In this document: positions 19,970 through 29,805 of the stretch, one piece after another
How positions within the stretch are numbered: the first letter of the stretch is position 1
Layout of the letters: the number at the start of each line of letters is the position of its first letter
Source of the DNA: Acidobacteriota bacterium
GTDB lineage: Bacteria; Acidobacteriota; UBA6911; JACQSX01
Assembly: GCA_036507075.1 (NCBI GenBank)
Contig: DASXQR010000152.1
Span: 1-64,000, forward strand
DNA length: 64,000 nt
Direction: 5' to 3'
The notes under the pieces: model-generated
Databases searched by the model: none
What the model was told of the DNA's origin: nothing
Seen by the model: the letters and a program-made list of their open reading frames with translations, nothing else
Program-made: the position numbers and the translations under genes

Positions 19970-22900
19970 ATGGAACGCGCACGACAACGGTTTCTGGTTT
20001 CATTTTCGGTCAGTGTTGCCTTCCTCGCGACGTTCGCGAGCCCGGCACAGTTGTCCGGCGAACCGCCCTGCCTAATCGTCGAAGAAGCCGTCGATTTGCC
20101 CGCCAGTAAGGCCGTACTGAAGCCAGGCGACTGCCTGTTGGCTTACAACGGCAAGCCGCTGCCCTCGCCTGCCGCCCTGCAGGCGGCAATGGAGAACACG
20201 CTCGGATTAAAGGAAGTCGCCTTGCGCCTGCAACGCGGAGAGGAAACGCTGACGTTGACTGTCGCAGCGGGAGCGCTCCAAATCCAGGCGCGCCCCCAAC
20301 TCCCACCCTCGGTCTTGACGCTCTACAACGACGGAAAAGCAGCAGGGAAAGCACAAAAGCCAGACGAAAACATCGCCAAATGGACGGCGGCGGCCCAAGC
20401 GGCTCAGGAGTCCGCCGAGAAACAGATTGCGGCATGGCTGTATGAACGTGCTGGGAAGATTCACGAAAGGCAGCGGCAGTGGAAAGAAGCCGGCGCGATG
20501 CATTTGGCGGCGTGGGAGCTCTCGAAAGAGAGCGGTGACACGGCGGCGCAATCGCGCGTCCTCTACGCGTTGGGGCGCTGCAGACAGAACCTCAATGATT
20601 TTGCCGAGGCACAGCGATGGTTTGAGCAAGGACTGCAGGTCGATACGGCGGCAGGGAATGAAATATGGGCGGCCGGTGACCTGGACAGTTTGGGCATCAT
20701 CGCCAGAGGCCGTCGCGATCTGAACGCGGCGCAAGACTATCACACGCGTGCCTTAGCCATTCGTGAGCGACGAACTCCCAGCTCGCTGGATGTTGCCGCG
20801 ACTCTCACTAATCTGGCTATGGTTGCCTGGTCCCAAGGCGAGCATAAGGCTGCCCAGGACTATCACGCCAGGGCGATGGCCGTTCTTGAACGGCTGGCGC
20901 CCGAGTCGGTCGACATTGCCGCCGGTCTCGGGAATTTGGGTTTAGCCGCTCTTAGCCGCCGTGACCTTGAGGCTGCACAGAATCTCTTGAGCCGCTCCGG
21001 AGCCATTTATGATCGATTGGCCCCCAACTCACCAGCCGTTGCCACCTCCCTCGGCAACCGGGGCGTAATCGCCTGGCTCCGCGGTGACCTTGAAGGGGCG
21101 CAGGACTACTACACACGCGCCCTGGCGATTCACGAGCGGCTAAACCCAAACTCAATGGAGGTTGCCGCGGGTTTTAACAATCTAGGACTGGTCGCCTGGT
21201 CCCGTGGCAACCTTGAGGCGGCTCAGGACCACCACACCCGCGCCTTGGCAATTAAGGAGCGATTGGCCCCCAACTCTTTGGATCTCGCCAATAGCCTCAA
21301 TAACCTGGGGAACGTCGCCTATGACCGCAGCGACCTGCAGGCAGCGCAAAGCTACCATAGCCGCGCCTTAGCGATTCGCGAGCAACTCAGGCCTGACTCG
21401 CTGGACGTCGCGATGACCTTCAATAATCTGGGCAACATCGCCTACGCTCGTGGGGATCTTGCGGGGGCTGAGGATTATCATAGGCGTGCCTTAACAATTC
21501 GCGGGCGGCTCGCGCCAAACTCCTTGGACGTTGCTTTCAGCCTCAGTACCTTGGGCAACATCGCCCGTGACCGCACTGACCGGCAGGCGGCGCAGAACTA
21601 CTACAGTCAAGCTTTGGCAATTCGCGAACGCCTGGCCCCAAATTCACTGGATGTTGCTAAGAGCCTCGCCGACGTAGGCCACGTCGCCCTCAAGGAGCGG
21701 CGCTTTTCCGACGCCCGAGCCCTCTTCACCCGCGCCGTTGACATCGTCGAACGCCACCGCCGCCAAATTCCCTTTACCGAATCCCGCGCGCTCCTATTGG
21801 CCAAGTACCCTGAGCCTTATACAGGCCTGCTGCGTGCTTCTGTCGGGCTGAACAACCTTCCCGCGGCCTTCAACACTGTCGAGCGCGCCCGAGCTCGCAG
21901 CCTGCTGGATCTCCTGGCTGAAGCGAACATTGATGTCCAGCAAGGTATTCATCCGGAGTTGAAGCAGCGGGAGCAGGCGGCTCATTCTCGAATCGCCCGA
22001 GTCCAACGCGAACTCATTGCCACTCAATCTCAGGCCTCACTCGATAAGAACAGGCTTCTGCAGTTGGAAGAAGAATTGAAACAAGTCGACCACGAGCGCG
22101 AGCAGCTCGAAGTAGAAATCCAGCAAAAGCATCCCCGCTACGCCGAGCTTCAGTACCCGACACCAATCAGCCTGAAAGGGATTCAGGACCTGTTGGATCC
22201 GCAGACAGCGCTGTTGGAATACGCTTTGGGTGAGGATCGCTCATTCCTGTTTGTTGTCACCCGGACAGAGTCTCACGTTTCTGAATTGCCCGCGGCGGCG
22301 TCACTCTCGGATCGTGTGAAACGATTGCGCGAGACGTTGATCCGCCAGCCCCAGCGGACCACATTTCCCTCCTATATTGACCAGGCCCGAGCGCTTTATC
22401 AACTGTTGATCGAGCCGGCCGGAAGATCCCTGGCCGGAAAAAAGCAACTGATTATCGTCCCCGACGGCATCCTTCACTATCTGCCGTTTGAGGTGTTGCT
22501 GTCGTCTGGCGATCTGAGGAGCTTGACCGCAGTTGCCCCGCGCCGATGGCCTTACCTGATTCGCGACTATGCCGTAAGTTATGTTCCTTCGGCGACCGTA
22601 TTGTCCAGTCTCCACCAATCTCATCAGACTCGGCCTGGGCAGCAGAAAATGCTCTTAGCCTATGCAGATCCAGCCTATGGCGCCGGCGAGCCGGCGGCAA
22701 AATCGCTTTTGGGTTCAGCGATGCGCAGCGCCTTCGGCGAAGCAAAGCCCTGGAGTCTGGAACGACTGCCTGAAAGCCGTGAGGAAGCCAATCGAATTGC
22801 TTCCTTGTATCCCCAGGAGAAGGTTCGGCTCTTTCTGCAGCAGGATGCCCGCGAAGAGAATGTGAAAGGGGAACCGCTTCTCAACCAGTACCGCTTCATC

Positions 22901-23434
22901 CACTTTGCGGTTCACGGGCTGCTGAATGAAACTCGGCCCCAATTCTCCGGCCTTGTTCTCAGCTTGCCGGGGGCAGAATACCCGAAGCCCAAAACGCGGG
23001 ACCTGAAGCCTGAGACCCCAGAGCCCGGCAAACAGACCAGCGCTGATAACAACCTGAAATCCGCAATCCAGGATCCGCAATCGGAAGATGGTCTACTGCA
23101 GGTCTACGAGATTTTTGATTTGAGGTTGAATGCCGACCTGGTGGTGTTGTCCGCCTGTGAGACGGGCCTGGGCAAAGAAGTAAAAGGCGAAGGCTTGGTG
23201 GGATTGACGCGCGCGTTTCTGTATGCCGGAACACCCTCGGTTGTGGTGAGTCTTTGGAAGGTGTCGGACCGGTCAACGGCGGAGCTGATGGTTTCCTTCT
23301 ACCAGCACTTGAAGGATGGAACGATGAACAAAGCAGAAGCGCTGCGGCAGGCTCAACTCAAGTTGATTCGGTCGGGAAGATACGCCGAACCGTACTATTG
23401 GGCGCCGTTTGTCCTGATCGGAGAGGCGAAGTAG
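19970..23434 (+). CDS. Exported PDZ-TPR-CHAT (caspase-like) protease, paralog 1
   Basis: Hydrophobic N-terminus, PDZ-like LKPGD.LLAYNG, ~9 TPR-like 41-aa repeats, CHAT motifs IVPDG.LH.LPFE, HFAVHG, VVLSACETG, SLWKV.D, PYYWAPF. Confidence 0.9.
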   Translation: MERARQRFLVSFSVSVAFLATFASPAQLSGEPPCLIVEEAVDLPASKAVLKPGDCLLAYNGKPLPSPAALQAAMENTLGLKEVALRLQRGEETLTLTVAAGALQIQARPQLPPSVLTLYNDGKAAGKAQKPDENIAKWTAAAQAAQESAEKQIAAWLYERAGKIHERQRQWKEAGAMHLAAWELSKESGDTAAQSRVLYALGRCRQNLNDFAEAQRWFEQGLQVDTAAGNEIWAAGDLDSLGIIARGRRDLNAAQDYHTRALAIRERRTPSSLDVAATLTNLAMVAWSQGEHKAAQDYHARAMAVLERLAPESVDIAAGLGNLGLAALSRRDLEAAQNLLSRSGAIYDRLAPNSPAVATSLGNRGVIAWLRGDLEGAQDYYTRALAIHERLNPNSMEVAAGFNNLGLVAWSRGNLEAAQDHHTRALAIKERLAPNSLDLANSLNNLGNVAYDRSDLQAAQSYHSRALAIREQLRPDSLDVAMTFNNLGNIAYARGDLAGAEDYHRRALTIRGRLAPNSLDVAFSLSTLGNIARDRTDRQAAQNYYSQALAIRERLAPNSLDVAKSLADVGHVALKERRFSDARALFTRAVDIVERHRRQIPFTESRALLLAKYPEPYTGLLRASVGLNNLPAAFNTVERARARSLLDLLAEANIDVQQGIHPELKQREQAAHSRIARVQRELIATQSQASLDKNRLLQLEEELKQVDHEREQLEVEIQQKHPRYAELQYPTPISLKGIQDLLDPQTALLEYALGEDRSFLFVVTRTESHVSELPAAASLSDRVKRLRETLIRQPQRTTFPSYIDQARALYQLLIEPAGRSLAGKKQLIIVPDGILHYLPFEVLLSSGDLRSLTAVAPRRWPYLIRDYAVSYVPSATVLSSLHQSHQTRPGQQKMLLAYADPAYGAGEPAAKSLLGSAMRSAFGEAKPWSLERLPESREEANRIASLYPQEKVRLFLQQDAREENVKGEPLLNQYRFIHFAVHGLLNETRPQFSGLVLSLPGAEYPKPKTRDLKPETPEPGKQTSADNNLKSAIQDPQSEDGLLQVYEIFDLRLNADLVVLSACETGLGKEVKGEGLVGLTRAFLYAGTPSVVVSLWKVSDRSTAELMVSFYQHLKDGTMNKAEALRQAQLKLIRSGRYAEPYYWAPFVLIGEAK

Positions 23435-23526
23435 GCAAGGCCGCGACAGCCAAGCCGCGCGGGTCAGCAAGCGAACAGCCGAGCGCGCGTCAGCAAGCGG
23501 ACCCTCCAGGCAAGGAAACATCCGCT

Positions 23527-26500
23527 ATGGAACACGCACGCTATCTAATTTTCTTATCGGTCACCGTTGCCTTGCTCGCGACGTTCACGAGCGCGGCGCA
23601 GTTGCCCGGCGAACTGCCCGGCTTAATCGTCGAAGAAGCCGTCGATTTGCCCGCCAGTAAGCTCGGGCTGAAGGCAGGCGACCGTCTATTGACTTACAGT
23701 GGCAAGCCTGTTCCCTCCTCAGCCGCACTGCTGGCAGCAATCGACAATACGATCGAACAAGAGGAAGTCGCGTTGACTGCCCGCCGCGGCCAGGAAACGC
23801 TCACATTGTCCGTCCCTTCGCGTGCGCTGAAAATCCGCGTGCGGCCCGACCTCTCGCCTGGCGTTCTGGCGCTGTACAGCGAAGGCAGAGCAGGAGAGAA
23901 AGCGCAAAAGAGAGACGAACAGATCGCCAAATGGATGGCGGCAGCGAAGACTGCCCGGGACTCAAGTGAAACCGAATCCGCGGCATGGCTATATGGCTGC
24001 ATTGGGAAAGTTCACGAAGAGTCGCGACAGTGGAAGGAAGCAAAAAGCGTATACGCGGAAGCGTGGGAACTCCTGAAAGGAACTCACGACGCAGCTGCGC
24101 AATCGCGGACACTCGCAGCCCTGGGACGATGCAGTCAGAATCTCAGTAATTTCGCAGAGGCTCAGGCGTGGTTTGAGCAGAGTTTACAGATCGACGCGCC
24201 GGCAGGAAACGAAATCTGGGCGGCAGGGGACCTCAGCGATTTAGGCGATGCAGCCCGTTCCGCCGGCAACCTTGCGGCTGCGCAGGACTATCATACCCGC
24301 GCTTTGTCAATCCGCGAGCGCCTCTTACCTGATTCGCTGGAAGTTGCTAACAGCATCAACGCGTTGGGCAACGTCGCTTGGTACCGTAGTGATTTTAAAG
24401 CAGCGCAGGAGTATTACATCCGCGCCTTACGTATTAAGGAGCGCGTAGCACCGAATTCGTTGACCCTTGGCAGCGGCCTGCACAATCTCGGCTTGGTCGC
24501 CTATAACCGCGGAGACCTGGGAGCGGCGCAAGATTATCACACACGCGCTTTAGGGATTAGAGAGCAAGTGGCGCCTGAGTCGCTTGATGTCGCGCTGTCT
24601 CTCTGCACATTGGGTTTGGTGGTCCGTGACCGCGGACACCTTGGGGCAGCGCAGGATTACGAGGTTCGCGGCTTGGCAATTCGCGAGCGCCTGGCCCCTG
24701 ACTCACTGCTTGTTGCAACGAGTCTCAACGATCTGGGCTTGATCGCCAGAGACCAGGGGAAGCTGCAGGCGGCCGATGGGTATCACGCCAGAGCGTTGGC
24801 AATTCGAGAGCGCCTGGCGCCCGACTCGCTGATGGTCGCCGTGAGCCTCAATAATCTTGGGGTAGTTGCGAGGGAACGGGGCGACCTTCGGGCGGCGCAG
24901 GATTATTCCACTCGTGCCTTAGCCATACGCGAGCGCCTGGCACCTGACTCGCTGGCCTTGGCCGAAAGCCTCAATACCCTGGGCAACATCGCCCTCGGGC
25001 GCGGGGACCTTGAGGCCGCACAGGACTTTCACAATCGCGCCCTGGCCGTTCGTCTGCGGTTGACCCCCGAGTCGCTGACTGTGGCCGGAAGCCTCGCCAA
25101 TCTGGGTTTAATAGCCGCGGAGCGCGGGGACCTGCAAGCCGCCCACGATTACTATAGCCGCGCCCTGTCGATGTATGCCCGAGTGGCGCTGGATTCGCCC
25201 GACATGGCTTCGTGCCTGAATAATCTGGGCAATGTGGCTCATGATCGTGGCGATCTAGAAGCCGCGCATGATTACCAGAGCCGCGCCTTATCTATTAGAG
25301 AGCGGCTGTCACCCGATTCGCTTAACCTCGCCCTCAGCCTTAATAACTTGGGATCGATTGCGCGTGATCGAGGTGATCTCCAGACAGCGCAGAACTACCA
25401 CACACGGGCTTTATCAATCAGGGAGCGTCTCGCCCCCGATTCGCTGCATGTCGCCTTCAGCCTGCACAACCTCGGACGGGTTGCCTACGACCGTAATGAC
25501 CTTCAACTGTCGGAGAACTATCATCGTCGCGCTTTGGCGATTCGCGAGCGGCTGACTGTCGATTCTCTCCCCGTTGCCGTCAGCCTTAGCCACTTGGGCA
25601 GGATCGCCTCGTCCCGCGGTGACCTTGCGGCAGCACAAAATTACTGGCGCCGAGCCGCGGCAATTCGTGAACGCATGGCCCCCAATTCGCTGGAAATGGC
25701 CGACAGCCTCACGCAGCTTGGGATTCTTGCCACCAGGCAGCGTCGTTTCTCAGATTCCATCCCCCTTTTTACACGTGCCCTGGAAATTGTGGAGAGACAG
25801 CGCCGCCAGATTGCTTTTACGGAAGCGCGCGCGCTGCTTATGGCCATACATAGCGAACATTACATGGGACTTGTGCGCGCTTCACTGGAACTAAACGAAC
25901 TTCCTCTCGCCTTCGCCACCGTTGAGCGCGCCCGTGCCCGCAGTTTGCTGGATCTGCTGGCCGAAGCCAATGTTGATGTCCAACAGGGTATTGAGCCGCT
26001 GGTGAAACAACGTGAACGAGACATGCACGCCCGGATTACCTGGATTCAAGGCCAGCTTATCCAGATGCACTCGAAGGCGTCGCCAGATGAGAACAAGATT
26101 GCCCAGTTAGAAGAGCAATTGAAACGGGTCGACCGCGACCGCGAACAGCTCGAAGTAGAAATCCGGCAGAAGCATCCCCGCTATGCCGAGCTTCAGTATC
26201 CGACTCCGCTCGGCTTGAAAGCGGTCCAGGAGTTGTTGGATCCGCAGACGGCGCTGTTGGAATACGCGTTGAGCGAGGATCGCTCGTTTCTGTTTGTTGT
26301 CACCCGGACAGAATCTTACGTGTCTGAATTGCCTGCGGCAGCATCGCTCTCCAATCGCGTGAAACGATTGCGGGAGACATTGATTCGCCAGCCCCAGCGG
26401 ACAACGTTTCCCACTTATACCGAACAGGCCCGCTCGCTTTATCAATTGTTGATCGAGCCGGCCGGAAAATCTCTGGCGGGGAAACAACAGCTCGTTATCG

Positions 26501-27519
26501 TGCCCGATGGGATTCTGCATTATCTGCCATTCGAAGTGTTGCTGTCGTCCGGCGATCAAAGAAGCTTAACGACGGTCGCTCCACGTCGATGGCCTTATCT
26601 GGTGCGTGACTATGCCTTGAGTTATGTTCCTTCGGCGACCGTGCTGGCCAGCCTGCAAAGTTCGCGCCAGGCCAAACCTGCACAAGAGAAACTGCTTCTT
26701 GCTTTTGCAGACCCTGCTTATGGCGCGGGCGAGCCGGCTGAAAAATCGCTCCTAGGTTCAGCGATGCGCAGCGCCTTCGGCGAAGCGAAACCTTGGAGAC
26801 TGGAGCCGCTCCCTCAGAGTCGTGAGGAAGCGAGTCGGATTGCCTCTCTGTATCCGAGGGAGAAAGTTCGCCTTTTTCTGCAGCAGGATGCGCGTGAGGA
26901 GAGTGTGAAGGGGGAGCCTCAGCTCAACCAGTACCGCTTTGTCCACTTTGCGGTACACGGGCTGCTGAACGAAAACAAACCCCAGTTCTCCGGTCTCGTT
27001 CTCAGTTTGCCGCCAGCAGAAGTCTCAGGGCCCAAAACCCAAGAGCGCAGTCCTGAGTCTGCCGGCGCTCGCAGACAAGCAGGTGGCGAGGGCAATCCGA
27101 AATCTGCAACTCGAAATCCGCAACCCGCGATTGGAGACCCGCTGCCGGAAATCCGCAATCTGCAATCGGAAGACGGCCTGCTTCAGGCCTACGAAATATT
27201 TGACTTGAAGTTGAATGCGGATCTCGTCGTGCTCTCGGCCTGCGAGACGGGGCTGGGCAAAGAAGTGAAGGGAGAGGGACTGTTGGGTTTGACGCGCGCC
27301 TTTCTTTATGCCGGGGCGCAATCGGTGATGGTGAGCCTCTGGAAGGTGTCGGACCGATCGACAGCAGAACTGATGGCTTCATTCTATCGGCATCTGCAGG
27401 AGAAGGGCATGACCAAAGCAGAGGCTCTCCGCAAGGCGCAACTGAACCTGATCAACCAAGGGAGGTATGCCGCGCCCTTTTACTGGGCGCCGTTCGTCCT
27501 GGTGGGAGAGGCGAAGTAG
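23527..27519 (+). CDS. Exported PDZ-TPR-CHAT protease, paralog 2
   Basis: Same architecture with ~13 41-aa repeats; catalytic His (HFAVHG) and Cys (LSACETG) intact; start set by alignment with paralog 1 (tccgctATGgaac). Confidence 0.9.
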   Translation: MEHARYLIFLSVTVALLATFTSAAQLPGELPGLIVEEAVDLPASKLGLKAGDRLLTYSGKPVPSSAALLAAIDNTIEQEEVALTARRGQETLTLSVPSRALKIRVRPDLSPGVLALYSEGRAGEKAQKRDEQIAKWMAAAKTARDSSETESAAWLYGCIGKVHEESRQWKEAKSVYAEAWELLKGTHDAAAQSRTLAALGRCSQNLSNFAEAQAWFEQSLQIDAPAGNEIWAAGDLSDLGDAARSAGNLAAAQDYHTRALSIRERLLPDSLEVANSINALGNVAWYRSDFKAAQEYYIRALRIKERVAPNSLTLGSGLHNLGLVAYNRGDLGAAQDYHTRALGIREQVAPESLDVALSLCTLGLVVRDRGHLGAAQDYEVRGLAIRERLAPDSLLVATSLNDLGLIARDQGKLQAADGYHARALAIRERLAPDSLMVAVSLNNLGVVARERGDLRAAQDYSTRALAIRERLAPDSLALAESLNTLGNIALGRGDLEAAQDFHNRALAVRLRLTPESLTVAGSLANLGLIAAERGDLQAAHDYYSRALSMYARVALDSPDMASCLNNLGNVAHDRGDLEAAHDYQSRALSIRERLSPDSLNLALSLNNLGSIARDRGDLQTAQNYHTRALSIRERLAPDSLHVAFSLHNLGRVAYDRNDLQLSENYHRRALAIRERLTVDSLPVAVSLSHLGRIASSRGDLAAAQNYWRRAAAIRERMAPNSLEMADSLTQLGILATRQRRFSDSIPLFTRALEIVERQRRQIAFTEARALLMAIHSEHYMGLVRASLELNELPLAFATVERARARSLLDLLAEANVDVQQGIEPLVKQRERDMHARITWIQGQLIQMHSKASPDENKIAQLEEQLKRVDRDREQLEVEIRQKHPRYAELQYPTPLGLKAVQELLDPQTALLEYALSEDRSFLFVVTRTESYVSELPAAASLSNRVKRLRETLIRQPQRTTFPTYTEQARSLYQLLIEPAGKSLAGKQQLVIVPDGILHYLPFEVLLSSGDQRSLTTVAPRRWPYLVRDYALSYVPSATVLASLQSSRQAKPAQEKLLLAFADPAYGAGEPAEKSLLGSAMRSAFGEAKPWRLEPLPQSREEASRIASLYPREKVRLFLQQDAREESVKGEPQLNQYRFVHFAVHGLLNENKPQFSGLVLSLPPAEVSGPKTQERSPESAGARRQAGGEGNPKSATRNPQPAIGDPLPEIRNLQSEDGLLQAYEIFDLKLNADLVVLSACETGLGKEVKGEGLLGLTRAFLYAGAQSVMVSLWKVSDRSTAELMASFYRHLQEKGMTKAEALRKAQLNLINQGRYAAPFYWAPFVLVGEAK

Positions 27520-27533
27520 GCTTGGGGGAGTAT

Positions 27534-27813
27534 CACTACAGAGGCACAGGTCGGCTGTAGGCCGCAACCAAAAAGCCGTCTACGTGCACGTCAACGACCA
27601 CGTCTCGGGTCGACGAACACGACAAACATATAGACAGCCCCTCAGTTCTGCGTAGTCGGTAACGAATCGAGCGAAGTCGCAAACGTAATCGTGGACGTTG
27701 ACGTGCTCGTGCACGTAGACGGCTTTGAAAAACTTTGCCAAAAAAACAAGAAGTTGCCAACGTGTAACACGAAGGTCACAAAGGATGTTTGTGTCCTTTG
27801 TGTCTTTGTGGTG
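27534..27813 (+). mobile_element. Nested miniature element inside a REP
   Basis: Homologous along its length to 28776-29072, 45681-45843 and 56666-56995; GCCGCAACCAAA left end, GTTGCCAAC right end, internal AAAGCCGTC...GACGGCTTT palindrome. Confidence 0.75.
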
Positions 27814-27828
27814 ATGCGTTTTTTGTTC

Positions 27829-28752
27829 TTACTCCACCACCACATCATACTCAGCAATCTTCCGCAACTGCCCCGCCCGGCGGCCAAAGAATTTTACCAC
27901 CAGTTTCTTTTGATTCATCACCGTTCGATCGAGTTTCAGCGATAGATCTCCCGCTTCACCCCCCTTGACCGCTTCTGCTTTCCAAACCACCCGTCCCGCC
28001 TGGTCGTCAATCTCGATGTCATAGTCTTTGTATCCCTGGTCATAGCCGGACAGGATCAGAACGAACGTCCGCGCCCCGCGCGGCACGCGGATCCGGTTCA
28101 ACTCGCCTGCGGCGGCGGATCTTTGTCGATCTTCCCGCGGGTAGATGTTTCTGACCAGGACGTTCACTTCCGGCTGCCTGAGTTCGGCCAGTTCTGATTC
28201 CAAACGTTGCCGGTTCTCGCCGAGTTGATCCTGAAGGCGACGATTCTGTTCCTGAAGACTCCGATTCTGTCGCTCGACATTGCCCAATCGCCCCGCGCCG
28301 CCCGCCAGTTCGGACAATCGCCTGTTTTCCTGTCGCAGCGATAAGGTCCAGATTAACGTCAGCGCCAAAGCTGCGAGCAGACAAGCGGCCAGTGGCAACA
28401 GGGCCCGGGAACTGCTCCAAAATCCGGCTGGTCTCTGGCGGCGTCTATCCGACGTCGAGTCCTGGGGATAAAGCCGCCGCCACAGAGCCTCGAAGCCGCG
28501 ATCCGGCGCCGTGTCGGCCGGGACTGCCGCGCCTTCAGAAACCGATTGGACGAATTCGGCGGCGTCTGCGAGCATCTCAAGACATGCCGCGCATTCGGCC
28601 AGGTGGGCTTCCACTCTGGCCTGCTCTGCGTCTTTCAGTTGCCCGCGATGATAAAGGACAAGTTCTTCCTCGCTTAGGTGCCCGCCCGGTCCACTGGCAA
28701 ATTCCTTCCAGGTCGCGCTGATGTGCCTGCGCCACTCTTCACTCTTGTCCAT
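27829..28752 (-). CDS. Zinc-finger (zf-HC2/ZAS) transmembrane anti-sigma factor
   Basis: HLSEEEL...EAHLAECAAC (HxxxCxxC), one TM (LLPLAACLLAALALTLIW), coiled coil, extracytoplasmic C-terminal domain; downstream of ECF sigma; AGGTG RBS before ATG 28752. Confidence 0.85.
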   Translation of the reverse strand: MDKSEEWRRHISATWKEFASGPGGHLSEEELVLYHRGQLKDAEQARVEAHLAECAACLEMLADAAEFVQSVSEGAAVPADTAPDRGFEALWRRLYPQDSTSDRRRQRPAGFWSSSRALLPLAACLLAALALTLIWTLSLRQENRRLSELAGGAGRLGNVERQNRSLQEQNRRLQDQLGENRQRLESELAELRQPEVNVLVRNIYPREDRQRSAAAGELNRIRVPRGARTFVLILSGYDQGYKDYDIEIDDQAGRVVWKAEAVKGGEAGDLSLKLDRTVMNQKKLVVKFFGRRAGQLRKIAEYDVVVE

Positions 28753-28775
28753 CTTCGTCACCTATTGGCAAATCC

Positions 28776-29072
28776 ACCACAAAGACACAAAAAACACAAA
28801 GACCCTTCGTGCCCTTTGTGTAACAAGTTGGCAACTCTTGTTTCTTGGGCAAGGTTTTTCAAAGCCGTCCACGTCCACGAGCACGTGCACGTCAAGGTCC
28901 ACGATTACGTTTACGACTTCGCTCGCTTTGTCACAGACTGGCTTCAGAATTGAGGAGCTGTCTGTGTGTTGTCGTGATCGTGGACCTGAGCCGTGGTCGT
29001 TGACGTGCTCGTGCTCGTGGACGTGGACGGCTTTTTGGTTGCGGCCTGCGGCCGAGCTGCGCCTTTGTGGTG
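28776..29072 (-). mobile_element. Nested miniature element between sigma and anti-sigma genes
   Basis: Reverse-orientation copy of 27534-27813. Confidence 0.75.
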
Positions 29073-29107
29073 GGGTTTTTCTTTGCTCGCCCTGGAACCC
29101 CAGAAAT

Positions 29108-29683
29108 TTACTGCTCATGAAAATACTCCCCCAGCCTCTCTCTCATGATCTTCTGCGCTTGATGAAGATGGGCATAGACAGTGTTGATCGTGATGGGCAG
29201 AATGGAAGCGATTTCCTTCGGAGAGCGTTCATCCACCCACGCCATGATCGCCACCAGCCGTTTCTGAGGCGGCAATTGCAGCAGCGTCTGCCACACTTTT
29301 TCCAGCCTCTCCTTGTCTATGACCTTGCGCTCCGGACTCGCCGTGGCCGGGGCGGGCGGATCGATCTCGCCGGCGCCGCTGCGTAAAACTTCGACCCGCT
29401 GTACGGCCATTCGTTGCTTCAGCCAGTTCTTATATTTGTTCCGGGCGATCATGAAGAGCCAGGCGTCAAATCTGGCTTCGTCTCGGAGCCTCTCCAGATT
29501 CTGATAGACAGCCACGAACACATCATCCTTTAACACTTCCGGCTCGGTCACACCTCTTTTTGCAAAAAAACCGCGGATCGGCCCGGCGTAGCGTTCGTAA
29601 AGAAGCCGGAAATTCTCGGCCGGATCCCGTCCTTGTTTCAGATCCCGGATGATTTCTTCCGTTGGTCTTCCTGCCGCCACCAC
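29108..29683 (-). CDS. ECF-type RNA polymerase sigma factor
   Basis: FRLLYERY, FDAWLFMIARN (region 2), LPPQKR..SPKEIASIL..TINTVYAHLHQA (region 4); start uncertain (GTG 29683 or upstream). Confidence 0.88.
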   Translation of the reverse strand: MVAAGRPTEEIIRDLKQGRDPAENFRLLYERYAGPIRGFFAKRGVTEPEVLKDDVFVAVYQNLERLRDEARFDAWLFMIARNKYKNWLKQRMAVQRVEVLRSGAGEIDPPAPATASPERKVIDKERLEKVWQTLLQLPPQKRLVAIMAWVDERSPKEIASILPITINTVYAHLHQAQKIMRERLGEYFHEQ

Positions 29684-29748
29684 GAGAGCGATTATACGCT
29701 TCGCTTTGTCTCCGCAAGGGAACCTGCCCTTCATTTCAGAAGAGCCCC

Positions 29749-29777
29749 TTAAAGGATTCTGCATGCCGGTTGTCTAT
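29749..29777 (+). promoter_or_regulatory. Putative ECF promoter, copy 1
   Basis: TTAAAGGATTCTGCATGCCGGTTGTCTAT, 28 nt upstream of ATG 29806; repeated at 33356 and 36064. Confidence 0.6.
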
Positions 29778-29805
29778 TAAGGGGTCAGAAGAAAAGGAGA
29801 TCATT

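Noticed and set aside
23254..23526. Long N-terminal extension of CHAT paralog 2 from the ORF track
   Set aside because: It overlaps paralog 1; alignment of the paralogs places the start at ATG 23527
19970..27519. CHAT proteins as type III-E CRISPR Csx29
   Set aside because: No Cas7-11 or CRISPR array; the proteins have export-like N-termini and PDZ domains
28762..29118. ORF in frame with the anti-sigma across a single TAG (possible readthrough)
   Set aside because: It is almost entirely repeat-element sequence, and the anti-sigma has its own AGGTG RBS and ATG at 28752
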